Origin: Parcubacteria group bacterium
Lineage (GTDB): Bacteria; Patescibacteriota; Patescibacteriia; Buchananbacterales; UBA6539
Assembly: GCA_002687175.1 (NCBI GenBank)
Contig: NYZP01000034.1
Span: 27,951 to 91,950 of the forward strand
Direction of reading: 5' to 3'
Length of the DNA stretch: 64,000 nucleotides
The notes below the pieces were generated by a model, which was given only the letters and a program-made list of their open reading frames with translations, was not told the DNA's origin and made no database searches. Shown here in pieces: positions 18,213-26,810 of this stretch (positions are counted from its first letter, which is position 1; each line of letters starts with the position of its first letter). The translations under genes were made by a program, and so were the position numbers.

Positions 18213-20003
18213 ATGAAAAATGAAGGTGAAGTTGTTAAGCTCTCGCTACCACGAGGGTATACTAAACTACCAGTTGAAGAACTGGAAAGTCTGTACCGCG
18301 AGATCGAGGATCGCCGCACCGATGATGCCGAGCTGGCCGAGACACTTAAGCATCGGTTAAGAAAGGTCATCAGACGTAGGAAAGGGTCTTTAAGTATTGC
18401 TACAACAACTCCGTCAATTGAGCTTGATTCCGGTTTGCCAAGTTTTCCGGTACACAACACCGGAGGTTTGCCGGTTGGCGGGGCGAATTGTCTGCTTGAT
18501 CCGATCTCAATTGTTCATGAACAATGGTTCAGAGTTGTTAAGGAAATTGCCTGCGGCCTGATTGGCCAAACCGATGGGATAACTCCTACATTCAGTATTG
18601 AGGAAGTGCGCGACGACAGAAAGAGTGCCGTCCGCTTTGTAGTTCGTTGGAGTATTCCACGATTTTTGAGTATTGAAGATCTGTTAGGGGTCTTCAAAGT
18701 TACTCAAGAATCTTTTAGGAGCCGTCAGGTGACTGGACACAAAAGCGTTGATCGACCAAAAGCCAGTGGCTGGGAGCAAGTTATTAGCTACTATGACGTT
18801 AATGACCATATTGTTAAAGGCCGCCGAGGTGTCTATTTTGGGCCTGAAGGTGATTGGGATAATCATGCTACTGGCGTAATCGTGTCGCGACAGTTCAAAA
18901 ATACTAGCGAAGCCATGTATCTGCAGTCGGAGTATCCGGACGAATTTCTTTCACGTTGGGCTCAAACAAAACCGAAAAAGTGTGAGACATTCATCGAAGT
19001 TCGACTGCCGTCAGAAAAGGAAAAGTTTACCCAGCAGGAAGACGCCTTGTATCTGGTGGTTCAGTTGGCGTTTTTGTTCGCCAAACAAAAACGTTTAGAA
19101 AAGCGTCTTCTAATGGCCGCTATTTTCAAAGCGCTCAACCGAGTCGGCACCGCGCCGATCGCCAGAGAGAAGCTGTTTGGTATGCGTGAAATTTTAGAGG
19201 CGGTTGAGCGTACTTTGTTACTGCCACTGGAACAACCAGTGCTGGCTCAAGAGCTGGGTATTGTTCCGGAATCCATTCTGGAGGTCGGCGTTAAGGGAGT
19301 GGGCAAGACTTTTCTGGCTCATTACCTGATGGCCGGTGATTACGCGGCCATTTTTGTGGCCATTAATTGCAGTTCGTTGTTGATCGATCTTCAGCAAAGA
19401 GGTGCTTCTATCTTGGAACGGATCGATCAGATTTCCGATGAATGCCAGCTACCGGTGGTGTTGATTATCGATGACATTGATATTGTTCTGGATAAAAAGG
19501 AAAAAACAGTGGCTATGGTACTCAACTGGATGCAAAGTATCCGGCAGAAAGGTTTTTACATTCTGGCCACCACCAACTATCCGGAACGGATCGATGACCG
19601 GATGATGGAACCTGGACGGTTGTCTCGCATCTTGCACGTTGACTTGCCTAATCCACAGGATCGTTGTGGAGTGTTAGACAGCCACACCAAGGATCTACCG
19701 ATTGCCGAAAAAGAACGGCAAGCGGTCATTAAGTGGTTGGCCAAGGAAACCAAGGGCTGGACCCAGCGTTTTCTTTGGGAGTTAGTCCAAGAGGCCGCCC
19801 GTAACTGTGGTTTGGCCTTACTTGGCGGAAAAATTCAAAGTCAGGCTAATGGCACCGAAGTGATGCTCAAGCGGGAGCACTTTGAACAAGCGTTAAAGGA
19901 ATTGTCCCAGCGCATTGATAAGAAAAGTATTGGTGAGGAGAACGATAGGGTTCATAAATTTGTGAGTAAGAAGAGGCAAGAGATTGGTTTTCGGACCGAT
20001 TGA
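18213..20003 (+). CDS. Classic-clade AAA+ ATPase (CDC48/FtsH-like ATPase module) with an uncharacterised N-terminal domain of about 330 aa
   Basis: Walker A 'GVKGVGKT', Walker B 'VVLIIDDID', and second region of homology 'LATTNYPERIDDRMMEPGRLSRILHVDLPNPQDR'. SD 'aaggag' precedes the ATG at 18213 (the track ORF starts at 18162). GC is clearly elevated. A 16-bp perfect palindrome 'aacacaaatttgtgtt' lies about 50 bp upstream. Confidence 0.65.
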   Translation: MKNEGEVVKLSLPRGYTKLPVEELESLYREIEDRRTDDAELAETLKHRLRKVIRRRKGSLSIATTTPSIELDSGLPSFPVHNTGGLPVGGANCLLDPISIVHEQWFRVVKEIACGLIGQTDGITPTFSIEEVRDDRKSAVRFVVRWSIPRFLSIEDLLGVFKVTQESFRSRQVTGHKSVDRPKASGWEQVISYYDVNDHIVKGRRGVYFGPEGDWDNHATGVIVSRQFKNTSEAMYLQSEYPDEFLSRWAQTKPKKCETFIEVRLPSEKEKFTQQEDALYLVVQLAFLFAKQKRLEKRLLMAAIFKALNRVGTAPIAREKLFGMREILEAVERTLLLPLEQPVLAQELGIVPESILEVGVKGVGKTFLAHYLMAGDYAAIFVAINCSSLLIDLQQRGASILERIDQISDECQLPVVLIIDDIDIVLDKKEKTVAMVLNWMQSIRQKGFYILATTNYPERIDDRMMEPGRLSRILHVDLPNPQDRCGVLDSHTKDLPIAEKERQAVIKWLAKETKGWTQRFLWELVQEAARNCGLALLGGKIQSQANGTEVMLKREHFEQALKELSQRIDKKSIGEENDRVHKFVSKKRQEIGFRTD

Positions 20004-20020
20004 TTGTTTACGGCTCGAGT

Positions 20021-20052
20021 CAAATAAGACTTGAGCCATTTTTTTAGAAGGA
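20021..20052 (+). terminator. Terminator after the AAA+ gene
   Basis: 'ggctcgagtc aaataa gacttgagcc' followed by a T7 run. Confidence 0.6.
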
Positions 20053-20161
20053 ATTTATATTAAATATCTAAGTGTGTCTTGACAAATTCGGTAATGTTTG
20101 ATAGTGTTTTATGATGTTAAAAATAGCGGCGGCTGTTCAAAGTTAGAGGAGGAAAATAGCT

Positions 20162-20416
20162 ATGAAAGTCGTAGTAATGAGAAATGCCTTAGATGAGCTG
20201 GGGAAGAGGATGGTTATGGGAATCGTCGAAGCCATTGGTGGTGAAATCCTCAGCGCTCCAGACACCATGGTTGCCTTGGCAAATGACGACTGCAAAGATG
20301 GTCCAAGTATCATTTGCAGCATCATGAAGGATGAGAGACAGACATTTACGGCTGTCGAAGAATTGGCAGGCAAACAAGAGATTGAGGTTGTCAATCTTGA
20401 CTTCATGAAGGTATAA
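20162..20416 (+). CDS. Small (84-aa) hypothetical protein with a strong RBS and its own terminator
   Basis: SD 'agaggagg' lies 8 nt upstream of the ATG. A perfect hairpin terminator 'aggtcgtcaaaa/ttttgacgacct' plus T-run at 20451-20480. Confidence 0.5.
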   Translation: MKVVVMRNALDELGKRMVMGIVEAIGGEILSAPDTMVALANDDCKDGPSIICSIMKDERQTFTAVEELAGKQEIEVVNLDFMKV

Positions 20417-20518
20417 CATTCTTGCAAAATGACCATGCTTTTTAACACAAAAGGTCGTCAAAATTTTGACGACCTCTTTTTTTATTTATGCTATCTACTT
20501 ATCCCCATCACGGTTTAT

Positions 20519-20547
20519 TTGACAGGACATCTCCAGTATTATACAAT
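20519..20547 (+). promoter_or_regulatory. Sigma70-like promoter (TTGACA-17-TACAAT) driving the riboswitch transcript
   Basis: -35 'ttgaca' at 20519-24, a 17-nt spacer, and -10 'tacaat' at 20542-47. Confidence 0.55.
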
Positions 20548-20571
20548 CATATTACCTTAAAAAATAGTTTT

Positions 20572-20760
20572 AATTTCAGGGAAGTGAGGTGTGATTCCTC
20601 CGCTGACCCGCAACTGTGAAACCTCTATCTAAATTAGGTAAGGGGTTAAGCCAGACCACTGAAATTAGAGCTAACTATAATTCACTAAGCTCTTCGAGGT
20701 ACGAGAGTCGGTGATGTCTGATATGGACATTTTCGCTCTCCCTTGAACAGGGAGATTTTT
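20572..20760 (+). promoter_or_regulatory. Cobalamin (AdoCbl) riboswitch with an SD-sequestering terminator-like expression platform
   Basis: 'cagGGAAGtgaGGTGtgAtTCCtccGCTGaCCCGCAACTGTgAA' matches the conserved 5' core of the cobalamin riboswitch. A B12-box-like 'AAGCCAGACCACTG' lies at about 20647-20660. The 3' hairpin 'ctccc ttgaaca gggag' plus U-run (20735-20760) pairs with the 'agggag' SD 9 nt upstream of the ATG at 20766. Confidence 0.7.
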
Positions 20761-20765
20761 AATTT

Positions 20766-22643
20766 ATGAGAACAAAAAGAAATGGTATTCTACCATTCTT
20801 GACTCCTCGGCTCGGAAATAAAAAGTCTAAGACTTTTTATTTCTCTCGCTCTACGTCGTCAATCAAGAATTTTTGTTTAAGCTTAGCGGCCGTGGCAATG
20901 TTGCTGCAGCCGGTTTTAGCTGCCGCCGGAGTTTCTGAAGGCGTTAGCTATTTGGAGGCACAAACTCAAGATCCATGGATTACCATGGCTTTAGTTGCTG
21001 CCGGTGAGTCTGGTATTTCTACCAGTCACTTAACTTCAGTTTCCGGAACTACGGCGACTGACTATGCTAAAACTATTTTAGCTTTAGCCGCAGTTAACGA
21101 AAATCCCGCAACTTTTGGGGTGATTGATTTTGTGGCCGAACTAAAAAGCTATCACCAAGGCGGTCAAATGGGTGATGACAGTTTGATTAACGACGATGCT
21201 TGGTCAATTTTGGCCTTATCATCAGTCGGTGAATCTGGTACGGACGAAATGGAAGATGCCAAAGATTTTATTTTAGACAATCAAAATCCTGATGGTGGTT
21301 GGAGTTGGGGCGTTGGTGGTGCTAGTGATACCAATGACACCTCAGCCATGATCATGGCGTTAATTGAGTCTGGCGTTAGTGCAGGGGACTCAGTTATTAC
21401 TTCAGCTTTAAATTATTTAGAAGAAACCCAAAACGACGATGGTGGTTTTGGTTTTGACGGAGACTCTGATTCTGATTCTGGTTCAGACTCTTGGGTAATT
21501 GCCGCTTTAATTAAAGCCGGCATTAATCCAAACAGTTGGCAAGAGGAAGGTAACAGTCCAATTGACCATCTAGAAACTTTGCAGGATGATGATGGTGGTT
21601 TTTGGTGGGTGCCAGAAGGTGAATCAGAATTTAACAATAAAGCGATGACTGCTTTTGCGGTAGTTGCTTTAAGTGGCTCATCTTATCCGGTTGGTTACTT
21701 TGCCGGTGGTGACGCAGGTCCGCTAGCTGGAACTTTTAGCCTAAGAATTGAAGGGGCTAGTCGCACCATCTGTGACAGTTTTGTTGAAGCGGAAAACGGT
21801 TTAGATATTGTAGAAAACGGTTCAGAAATTTGTGATTACACTTATACTATTGAAGATACCGCTTTTGGTCCTTACTTGTCAGAAGTGGCTGGTGAAGCGG
21901 CTGAAGGTCTTGAAGGTTGGCTTTATCTGGTTGATTATGTTTCACCGCCAATTGGTGCCGCTGATTATGTTTTAGTAGAAGGCGAAGAAGTACTTTGGTA
22001 CTATGGTGAGTGGGGAATTAGTCCACTGCGATTAATTGTTTCCGATGATGAAGTAGATTCTGGAGACAGCACCACAATTACCGTTGAATATTATGAAGAT
22101 GGTTCTTGGCTACCGTTGGCCGGTGCTACTATTAAAGGTGCTGACCAAGACTACACTGCTAACGGTTCAGGACAATTAGCTCTAGGTTTAGATGATGGTT
22201 TTTACAACCTTTACGCCGAAGAAGATGGTTATGTCAGAAGTGCTAAAGTCGGAGTTACCTTTGGCGAGGGAGTTTCCGGAAATATTGGTTTAACCGTTGA
22301 AATTGATCAAGGCGGTGGCGGTGGTGGCGGTGATGGTATTGGTTTAGACATCGATACCAGTAGTATTGACTTTGGTATTTTAAGTCCTGGTGAAATTGCT
22401 GAAAGTATTGTTGGTATCATCGGTAATGTTGGTACTATTGATATCACAGTCAGCGCCTCGGTTTCTGGTGACACACTGTTTACTTCAAATTTAACAATTA
22501 ACGCCGTTGCTCCTAGTCAGTATTCACAAGACTTTAATGCCGGTGAAGGTGGTTCCGCTACTGTCGCCTTAAGTGTGCCAGAAAATTATCTTGGTTCAGG
22601 TGTTAAAAACGGTGAGCTGATTTTTTGGGCCACGCCTCAATAA
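20766..22643 (+). CDS. Secreted protein with prenyltransferase/terpene-cyclase-like (alpha/alpha toroid) repeats plus C-terminal beta-rich domains; first gene of the riboswitch-controlled locus
   Basis: Signal peptide 'LSLAAVAMLLQPVLAAAG'. Repeats 'NPDGGWSWGVGG..AMIMALIESG', 'NDDGGFGFDG..WVIAALIKAG', 'DDDGGFWWVPEG..AFAVVALSG' are of the QxxDGGW type. A poly-Gly tract is present. Confidence 0.55.
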   Translation: MRTKRNGILPFLTPRLGNKKSKTFYFSRSTSSIKNFCLSLAAVAMLLQPVLAAAGVSEGVSYLEAQTQDPWITMALVAAGESGISTSHLTSVSGTTATDYAKTILALAAVNENPATFGVIDFVAELKSYHQGGQMGDDSLINDDAWSILALSSVGESGTDEMEDAKDFILDNQNPDGGWSWGVGGASDTNDTSAMIMALIESGVSAGDSVITSALNYLEETQNDDGGFGFDGDSDSDSGSDSWVIAALIKAGINPNSWQEEGNSPIDHLETLQDDDGGFWWVPEGESEFNNKAMTAFAVVALSGSSYPVGYFAGGDAGPLAGTFSLRIEGASRTICDSFVEAENGLDIVENGSEICDYTYTIEDTAFGPYLSEVAGEAAEGLEGWLYLVDYVSPPIGAADYVLVEGEEVLWYYGEWGISPLRLIVSDDEVDSGDSTTITVEYYEDGSWLPLAGATIKGADQDYTANGSGQLALGLDDGFYNLYAEEDGYVRSAKVGVTFGEGVSGNIGLTVEIDQGGGGGGGDGIGLDIDTSSIDFGILSPGEIAESIVGIIGNVGTIDITVSASVSGDTLFTSNLTINAVAPSQYSQDFNAGEGGSATVALSVPENYLGSGVKNGELIFWATPQ

Positions 22644-22661
22644 AGAAATAAAGAATAAACT

Positions 22662-23177
22662 ATGTTAAAGCGAAGCTGGTTGATCCTGATAATCTTATTT
22701 TTTGGAAGTTTAGTTTTTAGTCAATCAGCTTCTGCCGTAGGTGTTGGTGTAAAACCAAAAGAAGTTCAACTGGACGTTAGAGTAGGGCAAGAAACCACGA
22801 CCGAAATTTTAGTGATTAACATTGCTAAAGAACCGGCTCTTTACCAAGTGACGGCCGATGCCTTGGAAGATGAAATCAGCATCAGCCCTCAAGATTTTAA
22901 GATGGAAGCCGACACCAATAGACTTGTAACTATTATTGTTAAGCTTAAAACGCCGGGACTGTTCAACACTAATTTGTCAGTGGTGGCGCGTCCATTAGGC
23001 GCCGGTGGCTTAACCGCCGCTTCGGGCGTAAAAGTTCCAATAACCATTACTGCTTCGGGATTTCCTTTATGGTGGTGGGGAGCAGGCCTCTTCGTTCTAG
23101 TTTGCTTAAGTTGGTTATTTAGAGTAAAATTAAAAAAGAAACTTAGAAAAGCTAAAATCAGTAACCCAGAACTATGA
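22662..23177 (+). CDS. Cell-surface protein with a signal peptide, a beta-rich domain, and a C-terminal TM anchor with a basic tail
   Basis: N-terminal 'LILIILFFGSLVFSQSASA'. C-terminal 'LWWWGAGLFVLVCLSWLFRVKLKKKLRK'. Confidence 0.45.
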   Translation: MLKRSWLILIILFFGSLVFSQSASAVGVGVKPKEVQLDVRVGQETTTEILVINIAKEPALYQVTADALEDEISISPQDFKMEADTNRLVTIIVKLKTPGLFNTNLSVVARPLGAGGLTAASGVKVPITITASGFPLWWWGAGLFVLVCLSWLFRVKLKKKLRKAKISNPEL

Positions 23178-23629
23178 AGTTAATTGCCAAAATAATTATA
23201 ATCGTTACCATATTTGCTGCTGGTTTTTATATTGGTCAACAAGCCTTGGCACCAGCAAATGGCTCTAAAGTAGTAGGTGAAGAAAATAGTGAACAAATAA
23301 CAGTCAGTTTAATGTTTGACTTTGGTGATGGTGAAGTACGAACTTTTAATGATGTGGTTTTATCAAAGAATGCGACGATGCTTGAACTTTTAGAAAAAGT
23401 AACTACTGACAATGATTTAGAATTTAGGATCACAGATTATGGTGGTGGTTTAGGAGCGTTAATTGAGTCAATTAATAATTATTCATCTGATGCTCGGAAT
23501 AATCGCTATTGGCATTTCTGGGTGAATAATGTTTACTCCGACATTGGAGCCAGTAATTACATTTTAGAAAATAGTGATGTGGTTGAATGGAAATATACTT
23601 TAAATCAATTTAATTTAATAGTTAATTAA
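23174..23629 (+). CDS. DUF4430-like protein (beta-domain of the transcobalamin/intrinsic factor family; putative cobalamin-binding)
   Basis: N-terminal TM/signal. C-terminal 'NRYWHFWVNNVYSDIGASNYILENSDVVEWKY' matches the W-x-F-x-VNG..GA..Y.L..GD.V.W.Y signature of DUF4430. The start overlaps the previous gene (ATGA). Confidence 0.55.
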   Translation: MKLIAKIIIIVTIFAAGFYIGQQALAPANGSKVVGEENSEQITVSLMFDFGDGEVRTFNDVVLSKNATMLELLEKVTTDNDLEFRITDYGGGLGALIESINNYSSDARNNRYWHFWVNNVYSDIGASNYILENSDVVEWKYTLNQFNLIVN

Positions 23630-23635
23630 AAAGTT

Positions 23636-24175
23636 ATGGATAAAAGAACAAAATTGATCATCTCTTTCATCTTAATTGTTCTAGCAGTGGCAACCAGAAC
23701 ATTGCCACATCTTTGGAACTTTGCACCAATTGCGGCCATTGCCCTTTTTGCCGGTGTCTATATGGGCCGTAGTTATGCCTTAATTTTACCACCAGTTGCT
23801 ATGCTGGCTGGTGATATGTTTATTGGTTTTTACTCTTTACCTCTAATGGCCGTAGTTTATGGCAGTTTTATGTTGATTGGCTTGATTGGTGTTTGGATTA
23901 AAAAACACAAGAGTTTAGAAACAGTTATTGCTGCCAGCATTTCCGCTTCAGTGGTATTTTTTCTGGCCACTAATTTAACCTATTGGCAGTTCTCACCTTT
24001 ATATTCTCATGACCTAGCAGGTTTATTGACTGCATTTTCTAGTGCCTTACCATTTTTCCGTAATACTTTATTAGGTGATCTATTCTATACTGGAGTATTA
24101 TTTGGTGCTTACGAAGCAGTTATAATGTGGTCAAAACAGAAGAAATTAGCATTTCAGACTGCAAAAAATATCTAA
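23636..24175 (+). CDS. Small polytopic membrane protein, ECF-transporter S-component-like (putative cobalamin substrate-capture or transport component)
   Basis: 179 aa with about 5-6 predicted TM helices. Last gene of the riboswitch-controlled operon. Terminator at 24197-24228. Confidence 0.4.
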   Translation: MDKRTKLIISFILIVLAVATRTLPHLWNFAPIAAIALFAGVYMGRSYALILPPVAMLAGDMFIGFYSLPLMAVVYGSFMLIGLIGVWIKKHKSLETVIAASISASVVFFLATNLTYWQFSPLYSHDLAGLLTAFSSALPFFRNTLLGDLFYTGVLFGAYEAVIMWSKQKKLAFQTAKNI

Positions 24176-24196
24176 AATAATCTAAAAATATTATAA

Positions 24197-24228
24197 AAAA
24201 CTGTGGATAAGTATCCACAGTTTTTTTA
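24197..24228 (+). terminator. Terminator ending the B12 locus
   Basis: 'ctgtggata agt atccacag' followed by a T7 run. Confidence 0.6.
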
Positions 24229-24395
24229 TAATAAAATTTCTGTTTGTGGTATAATATATGAAGTTAGCTTAGAAGCGTTACAGTTGAATTTAATTTTATA
24301 AAAACTATATGACTTAAGATATTTCTATATAAAATACATTCGCCAAAACAAAAATAAAAATTTTAATCAATTTAATTTAATAAGTAAAAATATTT

Positions 24396-25094
24396 ATGAT
24401 TAAAATTAAAAGTCAGTTATCAAAAATGAGTCAATTTTTTCAAAGCGCGGCCGTAGTTGTAATAGCCTCGCTTTTTGTTATGTCGGTTGTTTATGCCGCT
24501 TCAACTATTGGTACAAACATAACGACCGAAGGTACGGTCGAGGTTTCCGGAGCTCATGCTTCAACCACTGGTTTCATGGTGATCGGTACTGCCTTAGACG
24601 CTACTCTGTCTCCATCAGCTGGTGATTTGTTTGTTTCAAATAACGCTACGGTGACTACATCACTACATGTGGGTAGCAACGCCACTATAACTAACACTTT
24701 AGAAATTAATGGTGCCTATGCTTCGACCACTGGTTATTTAGCAGTTGGTACAGACTTTTCGGCCCTGATGAGTGGTGGTGATATATTTAACTCAGGCAAT
24801 GCTACGTCCAGTGGGAATCTAAGTGTTGGTGGCTTTGCTTCAACAACCGGTTACTTAAAAGTTGGTGGTGGAGTTATTGATATGTCAACCGGAACCCCAA
24901 CTACTACCCCGGGAATATTTTCTCGTGATCGAACGAATTCAACATCAACTGTCAGTGTTGGTGATATTGATGATGGGAGCGCTGCAACTGTAAGCAATGG
25001 TTGTTTAGAAATGGCAGTTGAAGGAGTTTATTATAACTGTATGGTTGACGCCGGTGTTGGTGATCTAAATTGCGTCATTGGTAGATGTAATTAA
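24396..25094 (+). CDS. Secreted repeat protein of unknown function
   Basis: Signal peptide, then three repeats of 'GAxASTTGYLxVGT'. Confidence 0.4.
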   Translation: MIKIKSQLSKMSQFFQSAAVVVIASLFVMSVVYAASTIGTNITTEGTVEVSGAHASTTGFMVIGTALDATLSPSAGDLFVSNNATVTTSLHVGSNATITNTLEINGAYASTTGYLAVGTDFSALMSGGDIFNSGNATSSGNLSVGGFASTTGYLKVGGGVIDMSTGTPTTTPGIFSRDRTNSTSTVSVGDIDDGSAATVSNGCLEMAVEGVYYNCMVDAGVGDLNCVIGRCN

Positions 25095-25132
25095 AACAGA
25101 GAAAATTAATTAACCTTAAATCTTATAATATT

Positions 25133-26734
25133 ATGAGAAAGATTTTCTTGACAATATCAGGGGTTACCATATTTTCTCTGGCCTTAGGTTTGCCTTTGGC
25201 AGCCTTGGCAGCAGTTATAACTTTTGATGGTACTACAACTTTAGCTATGCCTAATGGTAGAAACGTGGATGTACTAACAGGCTCAACTGTTGAGGCCTTC
25301 ACAGTTAATGACGACTCAACTCTTTCACTTGATTTAGCTAGCGATTCCAACGTTAGTTTAGAGGCGACTGATAGCTGGATAATGTCAGTTTCTCCAGAAA
25401 TTGCCCAAAACAGTTGTTCCGGCACAACCGCTTCAATGAACATAACTTCGGCTACGACCCAAACAGTGACTGTTACAATCAGTGGTGACCTTTGTGGTGC
25501 TGCTGGTGGTGGTCCTGGAGGAGGCGGTGGCGGTGGCGGTGGCGGCGGTGTCCCAGCTGTACCACCAACTGAGACCTCGGCGGTGATTAATGGTGGTAAT
25601 GATCAAACGGACAGTGTTAATGTTACTTTAACTTTAGCGGCAACTTCGGCAACTCTTATGTTAGTTTCTAATACCTCCGATTTTTCTGATTCTGACTCCA
25701 CTTGGGAAGATTATGCTACCTCTAAATCATGGACTCTAACTTCTGATTTAGGAACCAAAACAGTCTATGTTAAATATCGCAGTTCCAGTGGCGGTGAATC
25801 AGCAGCTGTTACAGATACTATTGAATTAGTAGCTGCTACTGAACCGGAAAGTTCCGATGTCAGTGGTTCTGCTGGCGGTAGTGTGAGTTTAAGTGATGAT
25901 AGTGCAGCTGTTTCAGTACCAGCTGGCGCTATTACTGGAAGTGGTACAGTTAGTATTACCCCAACCACAAGTTATACTTCTCCTGGCGGCAGTGATAAAA
26001 TTGTTGGTGGTAAAGTTTATGATTTACTCTTAACCGTTGACGGTTCAACAGTGGCTACTTTTGATGAATTTGTTACTTTAACTTTTAGTTACAATGACGG
26101 CGATGTTAGTGGTATTGATGAGTCAACTTTATCGATTAAATATTGGAGTGAGGCAACGGCCGAGTGGCTTGATTTAGGTGGTACTGTTGACTCAGATAAT
26201 AATACAGTTACCGTTGAAACCGCTCACTTTACTCAGTTTGCTATTGTTGGACAACAGTTATCTGGTGGTGGTGAACTTGTAAAATTGGAGTGTGCCGCAG
26301 ATGCTGGTGTTAATGATCCCTGCAAAGCAGTCTATTATTTAGGTGACGATGGTAAGCGGTATGTTTTCCCTAATGAAAAAACTTACAACACCTGGTACAG
26401 TGATTTCTCGTCAGTAACAACTATCAGTGCCGACGATTTAGCTACTTATATGATTGGTGGCAATGTAACATATCGACCAGGAGTTAAATTGGTTAAGATT
26501 CAGACTAATTCAAAGGTTTACGCTATTAGCGGTGGCGGTGTCTTACGTTGGGTATCCACCGGAGAGGCTGCCGAAGGATTATACGGAAGTAGCTGGGCCA
26601 GTATGGTTGAAGATATTCCTGATGCTTTTTTCATTAATTACACTGAGGGGGCTGATATTGCGGAGACTGCTGATTATGATAAAGCGGCCATTTTGAATGT
26701 AGCTGTGGACATTAATACTGATAAAGGCTTGTAA
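25133..26734 (+). CDS. Secreted or surface protein with a poly-Gly tract
   Basis: Signal peptide. 'GGGPGGGGGGGGGGGVPAVPP' is encoded by a GGY tandem repeat at 25507-25548. Terminator at 26752-26790. Confidence 0.4.
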   Translation: MRKIFLTISGVTIFSLALGLPLAALAAVITFDGTTTLAMPNGRNVDVLTGSTVEAFTVNDDSTLSLDLASDSNVSLEATDSWIMSVSPEIAQNSCSGTTASMNITSATTQTVTVTISGDLCGAAGGGPGGGGGGGGGGGVPAVPPTETSAVINGGNDQTDSVNVTLTLAATSATLMLVSNTSDFSDSDSTWEDYATSKSWTLTSDLGTKTVYVKYRSSSGGESAAVTDTIELVAATEPESSDVSGSAGGSVSLSDDSAAVSVPAGAITGSGTVSITPTTSYTSPGGSDKIVGGKVYDLLLTVDGSTVATFDEFVTLTFSYNDGDVSGIDESTLSIKYWSEATAEWLDLGGTVDSDNNTVTVETAHFTQFAIVGQQLSGGGELVKLECAADAGVNDPCKAVYYLGDDGKRYVFPNEKTYNTWYSDFSSVTTISADDLATYMIGGNVTYRPGVKLVKIQTNSKVYAISGGGVLRWVSTGEAAEGLYGSSWASMVEDIPDAFFINYTEGADIAETADYDKAAILNVAVDINTDKGL

Positions 26735-26810
26735 AAATAAATTATTTAAAAAGAAGGTGCCATAATTTGGCACCTTCTTTTTTTTAGTAAAATATTGTAT
26801 AATAATTTAT

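Noticed and set aside
20004-20560. Looked for a third copy of the cobO-3' repeat at the right end of the AAA+ module, which would indicate tandem integrations at the same att site.
   Set aside because: Only terminators and promoter elements are present there. No 'ggattgagg' remnant was found.
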